Positions 47,781 through 56,515 of a stretch of 64,000 nt of DNA are shown here, piece after piece. The DNA is from Candidatus Omnitrophota bacterium (GTDB lineage: Bacteria; Omnitrophota; Gorgyraeia; Zapsychrales; JANLHA01): positions 6,778 to 70,777 of the forward strand of contig JBBRHV010000004.1 in the NCBI GenBank assembly GCA_038222225.1, in the 5' to 3' direction. Numbering within the stretch: position 1 is the stretch's first letter; each line of letters begins with the position of its first letter. The notes below the pieces were generated by a model. The model had not been told where the DNA came from. It ran no database searches and saw only the letters and a program-made list of their open reading frames with translations. A program made the translations under genes and the position numbers.

Positions 47781-49583
47781 CTATCGTTGTATGGCTCCAA
47801 ATTTACAGACTTCAAAACACTGTCCGCAACGGATGCACTTCTCGGCCACGATCCAATACCCCTGTTCGCGGTCTCCGGGAATCGCTCCCACCGGGCAATT
47901 GCGCTGACACAACGTGCAGCGACGGCATTTTTCCTGAATAATGCTATAGTTAAACAACTGGCTGCATTTTCCCGCTGGACAATGCTTGTCATGAATATGC
48001 GCGCGATATTCTTCATCAAAATACTGCAGCGTTGAAAGAACAGGATTCGAAGCCGTCTGTCCAAGCCCGCACAACGAAGCCTTCTGCATCGCAGAAGAAA
48101 TCCTCCGCATTTTTAGAACATCTTCCTCCTGTGCCTTGCCTTCAGAAATGTCCTTTAAAATACTCAGCAGCTGCTTTCCGCCGATCCGGCACGGGGCACA
48201 TTTTCCGCAAGATTCCTCAACGCAAAATCCCAAATAAAATTTTGCGATATCGATCATGCAGTCGTCTTCATCCATGACGATCATCCCGCCCGACCCCATG
48301 ATAGAACCCAGCTTCTGAAGATTTTCATAATCCACCGGCGTGTCAAAAAACTGTTCCGGAATCACTCCCCCTGAAGGCCCTCCGGTTTGAATGGCTTTGA
48401 TTTTTTTCCCGTTCTCTGTTCCACCGCCGATATCAAAAACAATTTCCCGGAGTGTGATCCCCATGGGAACTTCCACCAAACCAGTATTTTTCACCTTTCC
48501 GGTTAAAGCAAAAACTTTGGTTCCCCTGGAATCTTTTGTTCCGATCTTTGAAAACCAATCGCCGCCTCTTTGAATAATCACTGGAATATTGGCTAAAGTT
48601 TCCACATTATTAATGATTGTCGGTTTTCCCCACAGGCCCTTGACCGATGGATACGGCGGGCGCGGTACCGGGCAACCGCGTTTCCCTTCAATAGAGGCAA
48701 TCAACGCCGTCTCTTCACCGCAGACAAAAGCTCCTGCTCCCAACCGAATTTCCAAATCAAAAGAAAATTTTGTCCCTAAAATATTTTTCCCCAGGACCCC
48801 ATACTCATGGGCCTGATCAATCGCCCTCTGAACACGCTCAATGGCCAGCGGATATTCAGCTCGAATATAAAAAAACCCCTTCGTCGCGCCGACCGTAAAT
48901 CCGGCAATGATCATTCCTTCTAAAACCGAATGCGGATCTCCTTCCAAGACGCTGCGATCCATATACGCGCCCGGATCCCCCTCGTCACCATTGCAAATGA
49001 TATATTTCTGATCTGCCTGAACACCACGAGCAAAATTCCATTTCATCCAGGTCGGAAACCCCCCGCCTCCGCGTCCGCGTAATCCACTCAGCCGCAGCTC
49101 TTCGATCACTTTTTCCGGGACTCCCCTGGTTAATGTTTTTTTCAATCCCTGATAACCGTCATTCGCCAGATAATCCTCGATATTCTCCGGATCGATCACG
49201 CCGCAATTACGCAAAACAATACGGATTTGCTTCTCAGAGGTAACAATACGATACTTTGAAATTTCAACAGCTTTCGGATTCCCCCGAACAAGATGATGCT
49301 GAATAATATCAACGGCCGCCTGCGCATCAACGTTCCCATACACGCCTTCAGAAACGCCATGCCGCTCGATCTCAACCAAAGGCTCCGCGTAACACATTCC
49401 AAGACAACCGCAGCGCATCAATTCCGCATCGATACCGTTGGCCTCAAGCTCAGAATAAATTTTCTTAAAAACATCCTTCGCCCCCGCGGCAATCCCGCAG
49501 GAACTCATACCGACCCGAATAATGGGGCGATCACTTTTCTTTCTCTTAAAACCATCCAATTGACCCATGGTCAACTTCGCCAT
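47781..49583 (-). CDS. hydB: NADH/FMN-binding hydrogenase subunit (HydB/NuoF-like)
   Basis: N-terminal Trx-like Fe-S domain, RGRGGGGFP, DEGDPGAYMDR, GAFVCGEETAL, GGPSGG, ESCGKCAPCR and C-terminal 2x[4Fe-4S]. Confidence 0.95.
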   Translation of the reverse strand: MAKLTMGQLDGFKRKKSDRPIIRVGMSSCGIAAGAKDVFKKIYSELEANGIDAELMRCGCLGMCYAEPLVEIERHGVSEGVYGNVDAQAAVDIIQHHLVRGNPKAVEISKYRIVTSEKQIRIVLRNCGVIDPENIEDYLANDGYQGLKKTLTRGVPEKVIEELRLSGLRGRGGGGFPTWMKWNFARGVQADQKYIICNGDEGDPGAYMDRSVLEGDPHSVLEGMIIAGFTVGATKGFFYIRAEYPLAIERVQRAIDQAHEYGVLGKNILGTKFSFDLEIRLGAGAFVCGEETALIASIEGKRGCPVPRPPYPSVKGLWGKPTIINNVETLANIPVIIQRGGDWFSKIGTKDSRGTKVFALTGKVKNTGLVEVPMGITLREIVFDIGGGTENGKKIKAIQTGGPSGGVIPEQFFDTPVDYENLQKLGSIMGSGGMIVMDEDDCMIDIAKFYLGFCVEESCGKCAPCRIGGKQLLSILKDISEGKAQEEDVLKMRRISSAMQKASLCGLGQTASNPVLSTLQYFDEEYRAHIHDKHCPAGKCSQLFNYSIIQEKCRRCTLCQRNCPVGAIPGDREQGYWIVAEKCIRCGQCFEVCKFGAIQR

Positions 49584-49597
49584 CGACTCCCCCTTTA

Positions 49598-50473
49598 TTA
49601 AACCGCTGCAATTTTTTCTTTAGAATATTCAGATAAAATATTAATGATATTTTCTTTTTTAACTTTCCCGTAAATTTTTTCATCAATCATGATCACCGGT
49701 GCTAGACCGCAGCACCCCAGACAACGCACAACCTGAATATGAAATTCTCCATCGGAGGTTGTCTGCCCCTCTTCAATATTCAATAAAACCTTCAGTTCCG
49801 CCAAAATCCCCGGCGTCCCCTTCAAATAACAGGCCGTTCCCAAGCACACGGAAATCAGATGCTTTCCGGGCGGATCAAGTTTGAAATAATTATAAAATGT
49901 GATCACCTCATAAATACGGGCTAACGGAATCCCCAACAAACGCCGAAGCTCAAAAGAAACTTCACGGGGGACATAACCATAATGATTCTGGATTTCGTGA
50001 AGAATCATAATCAAATTGCCGTCTTTGCCGCTCCATTTCTCAACCAACGCATCAATTTCACCGACAAAACTACGATGCTCCGTCCCCGTCTTCTTCATAA
50101 AAATCTTAACTGTGCTTAATAAACGCTCGGGCTGAATCGGCTTCTCAATAACCATTTTGACCGGAAGTTCTTTCTCGTCGGGCTGGATGTCAAACGAAAA
50201 ACCCATTTCCCTTTTTGCACCAGTAATCAAGATCAACGGAATATTGCACGTCGCCGCATCCGCAGCCAACGCTTTGGCCATCTCCGCCCCTTCCGTCTTG
50301 TATGTCATCATCATATCCAGCAAGATCAAATCCGGCGACTGTTCCTTAGCCCGCTGAAAACCCTCCTGCCCATTGGAGGCGCGAATCACCTCATGTCCAT
50401 CGGACTCCAGAAGAAGCGCCGTCGCTTCCAAAAAATCCAGATCATCATCCACAATTAAAATCTTGTTCTGCAT
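49598..50473 (-). CDS. hydC: Receiver domain fused to HydC/NuoE-like [2Fe-2S] subunit
   Basis: aa 1-125 are a REC domain (VDDD, D53 LILLDMMM, ITG, EKP). aa ~130-291 are NuoE-like (LIMILHEIQNHYGY, ITFYNYF, CLGTAC, CLGCCGLAP). Confidence 0.92.
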   Translation of the reverse strand: MQNKILIVDDDLDFLEATALLLESDGHEVIRASNGQEGFQRAKEQSPDLILLDMMMTYKTEGAEMAKALAADAATCNIPLILITGAKREMGFSFDIQPDEKELPVKMVIEKPIQPERLLSTVKIFMKKTGTEHRSFVGEIDALVEKWSGKDGNLIMILHEIQNHYGYVPREVSFELRRLLGIPLARIYEVITFYNYFKLDPPGKHLISVCLGTACYLKGTPGILAELKVLLNIEEGQTTSDGEFHIQVVRCLGCCGLAPVIMIDEKIYGKVKKENIINILSEYSKEKIAAV

Positions 50474-50487
50474 GTCCCCACCCTCTG

Positions 50488-52335
50488 TTAAATTGCCTTA
50501 GGTATCTGAAACTTAAACGAGTTCCCCTTTAAGGCAGGTTCCACCCAAATTTTTCCGCCATGACGCTCCACAATTTCCTTTGAAATAAACAACCCGATAC
50601 CGGTTCCCTTCACGCTCTCCTGACCGCGATAAAGGATCCGTGAAAATTTCTTGAACAGCTTATCCATATCCACACTGGCGATCGGTTCCCCGTCATTATA
50701 AACTTCCACTTCGAACATGTCCGCATGGTCTCTGGCCAGAATCCTGATCTTCCCGCCGATCAATCCATACTTTACCGCATTACTCAATAAATTATTTACA
50801 ACGATCTGCATCAATCCCGGATCAACAACCACATGAAGTTCAGCATCCACTTTATTTGAAATTGTCAGATTTTTTTCTTCCGCCTGCTGTTGAATGGATT
50901 CTATCGCGGGATCAAACAAATGCTCCTTCAACAAGATTTCCTGTTTATCAACTTTGAGCTCGTCCTTTTCAATCCGGCTCAAGCTCAAAAAATTCTTTAC
51001 AGTAACAGTCAAATAGTCCAGATTCCGGGCCATGGACTTCAGGACATTTTCCTGTTTCTCATTGATTTCACCCAAAATCCGCTTGCGCAACAGATAGGTA
51101 TTGAGAACAATCGACGACAAAATCCCTTTCAGCTCGTGAGACACAAAACCAATCAAATCCAGGTAGCGTTTGTTCATTACCGCCAAGCGCTTATGCGTTT
51201 CCTCCAGACTTTTTTCACGTTCCCCCAGCTTTTCCGACATATAATTGATCGAATCCCCCAACTCCTTCATTTCATAAACACTGGATCCCGTCGTGTCAAT
51301 CTTGCTATCCCATTTTCCATGAGCGATTTTGACCGTTGTGCGGACCATTTGAGTCAACGGACGGATCATCGAATTGGCCAAAAAATATGCAAAAATCACC
51401 GTTGGGATCGCACCCATGAGGATAATCATAAGGAGCCCCAAAAACAATCGATCTCCTATCCTCTGAAATGGCTTTTCTAAAATGCCCACATACAGACTTC
51501 CAATAATATCGCCTTGGATATTCCGGATCGGTTCATATGCCGTGATATACCAATCCGTAACCACAAAAGCCCGATCCAACCAGGTTCCTCCCTGCTCGAC
51601 AACTTTCTTATACACCTCTTCCGAAATCCGTGTTCCAATCGCCCGATTGCCGTTTTCATCCAGAACATTCGTCGCCACTCTCACGTCATCCTCAAAAATG
51701 GTCACCGTTCCATAAGGCTTCCCATCGTACATCTTCTGCTCAAAAACAACATTGACGATGTGATCAATAAAATCAAAATTATTATTAATAATCTGTCCTC
51801 CGTAAAGGACCTTTTCCACCCGCCCCTCAGAATTTAGAATAGGCCTGGCAAATTCCATGCTCAAGGCGTCCAAAACCTGGGTACGCTTTGCCAGCCCAGC
51901 TTTCGGAGTCGGACGGACGTCAATGACCATTCCCGGCTTGATCAGCTGAAGCTCCTCCTTCCCTATAATACGAGTAGCCACAACCGGCTCTCCAGTCTCA
52001 AAAGCCAGCTGAACAATATCACTGGCAACTGTTCTTTGATCAGCAACATTAACCACCCCAATATAATCCAGGCCCAACTCCTTTTGAACAGCTTTGAGAT
52101 TTCCATCCGGATCGACAATATTAAAAGCGATTCTCATTTGGTTCAACTTCTCATTATAAACGCTGCGGATCGTGTTTAAATTCTGCGTAACCGTCTGCTG
52201 AGCCTCTGCAAAAATGTACCGCTTAACCACAAAAAAACCATAACCGGACATAAATAGACCCCAAAACAGAACCATTGAAATGATTCCGATGAGGATTTTT
52301 GACCAAATTTTAGTTGGCTCAATTCGATTATTCAT
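50488..52335 (-). CDS. Membrane sensor histidine kinase (TM-Cache-TM-HAMP-HisKA-HATPase)
   Basis: Cache-type motif TVTIF..DVRVATNV...RAIGT...Y.TAYEPI, HAMP (IRPL), H-box SHELK, N-box NLLSNAVKY and G2 GTGIGL. Start ATG 52335. Confidence 0.93.
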   Translation of the reverse strand: MNNRIEPTKIWSKILIGIISMVLFWGLFMSGYGFFVVKRYIFAEAQQTVTQNLNTIRSVYNEKLNQMRIAFNIVDPDGNLKAVQKELGLDYIGVVNVADQRTVASDIVQLAFETGEPVVATRIIGKEELQLIKPGMVIDVRPTPKAGLAKRTQVLDALSMEFARPILNSEGRVEKVLYGGQIINNNFDFIDHIVNVVFEQKMYDGKPYGTVTIFEDDVRVATNVLDENGNRAIGTRISEEVYKKVVEQGGTWLDRAFVVTDWYITAYEPIRNIQGDIIGSLYVGILEKPFQRIGDRLFLGLLMIILMGAIPTVIFAYFLANSMIRPLTQMVRTTVKIAHGKWDSKIDTTGSSVYEMKELGDSINYMSEKLGEREKSLEETHKRLAVMNKRYLDLIGFVSHELKGILSSIVLNTYLLRKRILGEINEKQENVLKSMARNLDYLTVTVKNFLSLSRIEKDELKVDKQEILLKEHLFDPAIESIQQQAEEKNLTISNKVDAELHVVVDPGLMQIVVNNLLSNAVKYGLIGGKIRILARDHADMFEVEVYNDGEPIASVDMDKLFKKFSRILYRGQESVKGTGIGLFISKEIVERHGGKIWVEPALKGNSFKFQIPKAI

Positions 52336-52379
52336 ATTTTTTTGATAAATTTTCACAAATTTACAATAGTTTTCATATA

Positions 52380-52397
52380 TCGTGAAATATTTCACTT
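52380..52397. promoter_or_regulatory. Rex-like operator upstream of the hydrogenase operon
   Basis: TCGTGAA-ATAT-TTCACTT against consensus TTGTGAA-N4-TTCACAA (11/14). The core GTGAAATATTTCAC is a perfect palindrome. Confidence 0.55.
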
Positions 52398-52565
52398 TTA
52401 AATAAATAAAAAAATAAAGAACCCTTGCTCTTTATGTCAACGCTTCCATCAATCGTACTATTCCGTTACGATTAAGTATATAATAAAAAAATTTAAATTC
52501 AACAAAAATTATTTTTCAAATAAGAACCTTTCCGCCATTCAATCCATTCTATCGCCATGCCCGCC

Positions 52566-54110
52566 CTATTTTTTTTTAATCAAATAAAACATCCCCTTCC
52601 CAGCGCTTGAACCTCCCCTCACATCCTCCAAAACATACCGGTTCTTCAAAGTACTGCAAAAATCGTTTCTGTTTTGAACGCACCAATAGTCATCCACTAA
52701 AACCAATGGCCGGTCTTTTAAAAAGGAATTATAGGCGTTGTCATCCATCATATGCCCGATAAAAGCACTGGATTTGTCCATCGTTGTAATAATCGATGAC
52801 GGGTTATAACTGATGAATACATAACGCTCGTCAAAATTCTCCCCCTCTAAAAACATCTCTTGCTGCTCATCAAAAATATGAGGTGACAGTCCGATGAAAA
52901 CATAAGGAAAGCTCCAGAAAAAACTTAGCGCTGCCGCAAAAGCCAAAACACTAAAGACCAGCCGCCTGCTCTTAAAACAAAAAACGCCCCGCTGATAAAT
53001 ACCATAAAATCCCATAGCCGACCAAATGACGACTGGAAAATAAAATTGAAGATTCATTCGTTGAAAATGTCCCGTCATCCCTCGATGCATGAAGGAATAA
53101 AAGCACAAAAAGGAAGCAAAAAATAAAAATAGACACCAGAACATCGGCTTATTTTTCTTTAATGTCTCGTGAGCGCCCACGGCTGCCATAAAAACCCACA
53201 CGATCGGAATCGCCTCGTTCTTGACCCAAAACCACAAATGACTCATAAAGACATGCGCAATAGACATCTGCCAACCCTGCATCCAAAGCGTCTCATATGC
53301 CTTGATTGACACAATATATAAAAAATACGGGAGCAGTAAAATCGCGTAATCTAACATTTTGAAATAATAGCGTCGATCAATTTTTGCGAAGAAAACCAGC
53401 CCTGCCGCAAACAGCAATAGAATCAAGCCGTTTTCAGGCCTTAGCAGGAGCGTGAACGCCGTTACGGCCATGAACTGAACAAAAGACCGGTCATCCTTCC
53501 GTTGGGAAAAAATCAAAAATGAAAGAACGTTTAATAAAATGAAAAGGGATGACGCCATTTCCAAGGAAGAATTTCCGGAAAATTTTAAATGCAGCGGAGT
53601 AAATGCCAACAAACCTGCAGAAAGCAAGGCAACGGATTCTCTCTGCGTTATCAAATAGGCGATTAAAAACAAAACAACCACAGAAAGCGCGCCCAGAAAA
53701 ACATTGAAATTATACGCCACCGATTCTGAGGATCCCGACACATTAAAAACCAATGAGAGCAAAAAATGATATCCCGGCGTCCACTGAGGCAAATTTGAAG
53801 ATAGGCACTGCCCATCCAAGTACAGATCGCACCGGGCAAATTGCCTACTTTCAGCCATGTTTTTTGCAATATTGATATGCTCATACTCGTCATAAAACAC
53901 ATAATGCCGGTGCGGCACAACACCCCATCGCACAAAAAGCGCGAGAGAGAACAGCAGCGCCAAAATGACCCAATATTTTTTGGTCACATGCTGAAAGAGC
54001 ATCGCAGAACTTTTAAAATTGCGGAATACACCGAACATCAGAAATATGAACAAAGCAGCGCAGAAATAATACGTCAGCTGAATCAAATTGATTATGTTGG
54101 GGATCGCCAT
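52566..54110 (-). CDS. GT-C fold membrane glycosyltransferase (ArnT/PMT-like)
   Basis: About 11-13 TMs, FYDEYEH acidic loop after the first TMs, PGYHFL and LRPEN. Confidence 0.8.
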   Translation of the reverse strand: MAIPNIINLIQLTYYFCAALFIFLMFGVFRNFKSSAMLFQHVTKKYWVILALLFSLALFVRWGVVPHRHYVFYDEYEHINIAKNMAESRQFARCDLYLDGQCLSSNLPQWTPGYHFLLSLVFNVSGSSESVAYNFNVFLGALSVVVLFLIAYLITQRESVALLSAGLLAFTPLHLKFSGNSSLEMASSLFILLNVLSFLIFSQRKDDRSFVQFMAVTAFTLLLRPENGLILLLFAAGLVFFAKIDRRYYFKMLDYAILLLPYFLYIVSIKAYETLWMQGWQMSIAHVFMSHLWFWVKNEAIPIVWVFMAAVGAHETLKKNKPMFWCLFLFFASFLCFYSFMHRGMTGHFQRMNLQFYFPVVIWSAMGFYGIYQRGVFCFKSRRLVFSVLAFAAALSFFWSFPYVFIGLSPHIFDEQQEMFLEGENFDERYVFISYNPSSIITTMDKSSAFIGHMMDDNAYNSFLKDRPLVLVDDYWCVQNRNDFCSTLKNRYVLEDVRGGSSAGKGMFYLIKKK

Positions 54111-54211
54111 GCTCTTGAAACCATGGAGCCTCTGGCCGAATGCCGCAATGGCCAGACTCCTTTTTTCCTGTTAGTCAACTCTATGAAAAAACAATGAACC
54201 TTTTCTTTCGT

Positions 54212-54928
54212 CTACTCCCCCACCTCAAAAGAGATCACAACATTAAATGTTAAATCCGGATATTTTAAATCTTTGGGGAATGGCGGAAACGGCACAGACT
54301 CTTTAATGCTTCTTAATCCAACGCTCTTCAAAAACGAATTTGCCCGGCTGCGCTCATGGATAATTTGAACATCTTTCAACTCACCATTTGACGAGAGCAC
54401 AAAGGTCAAATAAACCTCCCCCGCTTCAAATCGGGGGTTGTCGACATAATAATAAGCCCGCTTTCGAATCTTGTCACGCACCTGCTCATGATACGTTAAA
54501 TACCGAGGATTGGTGATTTTCTCCGATTGCAACAAAGGAACAGCGATCTGTCGTTTCGCGCTCGAGGCAAGCGGCTTGGATAATGTTTTCTCTTGATCGG
54601 GGAGCTTGATCGGAGCCTTATCCAATGGCTTAAAGGGAACGTCAATGTCCAGTATTGGCTTAATCAATGCCTTGGGTGGATCTATTTTCTTTTTATCCTC
54701 CATGGCCTGCATTCGATCCGCACGAAAAACCTCCTGCTTCCGGCCTTGTTCAATCGCCTGATAAACAACTTCAATATCTTTCGCGGCTGAAACACGCTTT
54801 TTATAATGAATATTTGTCAAAAACGCCACTAAGACCAGGACGACATGAAACACCAGCGAAGTGACCAGCGCCCAACGAAAAATTTTTCGTTCCAAAGATA
54901 ATAAATAGTCATAGACCATCTTATTCAC
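54212..54928 (-). CDS. TonB/TolA-like energy transducer
   Basis: TM with SLVFH (SxxxH), Pro/Lys linker and C-terminal GEVYLTF...G...PFPPFP domain. Confidence 0.85.
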   Translation of the reverse strand: MNKMVYDYLLSLERKIFRWALVTSLVFHVVLVLVAFLTNIHYKKRVSAAKDIEVVYQAIEQGRKQEVFRADRMQAMEDKKKIDPPKALIKPILDIDVPFKPLDKAPIKLPDQEKTLSKPLASSAKRQIAVPLLQSEKITNPRYLTYHEQVRDKIRKRAYYYVDNPRFEAGEVYLTFVLSSNGELKDVQIIHERSRANSFLKSVGLRSIKESVPFPPFPKDLKYPDLTFNVVISFEVGE

Positions 54929-55590
54929 CGAAAGAGCTTATTGATAAAAAATGCGATGAACCGCAGTGTGTCAACGCATGGGTTGATATTGCTTTTTTCG
55001 CCGGAATAAATGGTTTGGATGGAAACCGTTTCGATCTTAAAGCCAGCTCTGGCCGCCTCAATCAACAGTTCACTCTCGATCTGAAAACCGGTTGAGCGTA
55101 AACGCACCCGCCTTAGAACATCAACACGGATCAAACGAAAACCGCACTGGGTATCAGGAATGCGTTGCCTGCAGACCCACGAAATCAAAGCAGACATCAA
55201 TCGATTTGTATATACGCGGATTTTCGGCATGTTTTTGCAAGAAGACATCCTGGATCCGTTAATAATTCCACACTGCGGATCCTCCTGAAATTTTTTGACG
55301 AAGATCAAAAGGTCATCCAACGCATGCTGTCCATCGCCATCCATCGTTATGACCGCCTCGCACTCTTTTGATACCGCATACTGAAACCCATCACGCAAAG
55401 AAGCCCCTTTCCCCTTTCGAACATCATGACGAATAATATGCGCCCCATTCCGTCGGGCGATGTCCCCAGATGAATCCTTTGACCCGTCATCAACAACAAT
55501 CACCTCGAAACCCATTCGGCAGGCCCCGCTCACAATCTCACCGATATGTTCCTCTTCGTTTAAAACGGGAATAACGATATATGTGTTCAT
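54925..55590 (-). CDS. GT2 glycosyltransferase (polyprenol-phosphate sugar synthase-like)
   Basis: Motifs IPVLNE, VDDGS.D, GKG, MDGDGQH and DTQCGFR. Confidence 0.92.
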   Translation of the reverse strand: MNTYIVIPVLNEEEHIGEIVSGACRMGFEVIVVDDGSKDSSGDIARRNGAHIIRHDVRKGKGASLRDGFQYAVSKECEAVITMDGDGQHALDDLLIFVKKFQEDPQCGIINGSRMSSCKNMPKIRVYTNRLMSALISWVCRQRIPDTQCGFRLIRVDVLRRVRLRSTGFQIESELLIEAARAGFKIETVSIQTIYSGEKSNINPCVDTLRFIAFFINKLFR

Positions 55591-56483
55591 GTGTTTATGA
55601 TCCTTTCCGGGCCGCTCTCCTGTTCAAACCAAAACCGCCTAAACATCATCCACTGAGCCGGATCCTTCCGCACCTCCCGCTCAATCATCTGGACCTGCTG
55701 ATCCAACACCCGGTCAACAAAGTCCTGTTCCGACATTTGCGGAGAATGAGACGGAAGGTCCAGAACCGGTCCAAAGGAAAGATAAAATGTATGGTCCGGC
55801 TTACGTCTCAAAAATGCAGGCAGAATAACGGAACCCGTACGATAAGCAAACAGCGCCGCCCCTTTAGGAATCATCATCGTCTTGCCGAATACCGTCCGCG
55901 GCTCACCGGTCACACTGAAATCCCGGTCTGCTAAAATGGCAACAATCCGGTTGTCCTTTAAATCTTTTAACCCGCGCCGAATCGCTAAGTGCGCCGGAAC
56001 AACTTTAACACCGAACTTTTCTCTTTGAGCATTAAAAAGTTCATTCACCGGACGTTCTTTGTGGGGAAGCGCGATCGCTGTGAACGGATACCCCAAGCAA
56101 CTGAGCACCAGCCCTCCCAACTCCCAATTTCCAATATGCCCTGTCAAAAGAACAACACCCCTTCCCTGTTCTAATGCCTGCGTCAGAAGGTCAAAATTTT
56201 GAAGTTCAATTTTACGGGCGATGAACTGGTCGTCGAGATCCTTACCCATACGGAAAAACTCCACCAAATAATAGGAGAAATGACGGAATACTTCCCGAGC
56301 AAGACGGAGAGCTTCCTTGCGATCACCGAGGATCTGTTCTAGATTGTCTATAACGGCAGCACGATCACGGAGAGAACAACGGAACTGAATATACGATATA
56401 AGATCAGCAATCCCGTAACACCATCGAGGGGGAAACATGCTAACGAACGTCAGAGCGAATCGATAAAGGAAGTATTTAAACAT
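55587..56483 (-). CDS. LpxL/PatA-family lysophospholipid acyltransferase
   Basis: GRGVVLLTGHIGNWE (HxxxxE), ILADRD, FG...P.GAA and QW.MF. Confidence 0.9.
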   Translation of the reverse strand: MFKYFLYRFALTFVSMFPPRWCYGIADLISYIQFRCSLRDRAAVIDNLEQILGDRKEALRLAREVFRHFSYYLVEFFRMGKDLDDQFIARKIELQNFDLLTQALEQGRGVVLLTGHIGNWELGGLVLSCLGYPFTAIALPHKERPVNELFNAQREKFGVKVVPAHLAIRRGLKDLKDNRIVAILADRDFSVTGEPRTVFGKTMMIPKGAALFAYRTGSVILPAFLRRKPDHTFYLSFGPVLDLPSHSPQMSEQDFVDRVLDQQVQMIEREVRKDPAQWMMFRRFWFEQESGPERIINT

Positions 56484-56515
56484 AACCTCAAAGACTGCTT
56501 TCTTTAAAATAGAGA

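Noticed and set aside
52336-52395. Extended N-terminus of the histidine kinase from GTG 52395
   Set aside because: AT-rich regulatory DNA containing the Rex-like palindrome. ATG 52335 gives a normal short N-terminus before TM1.
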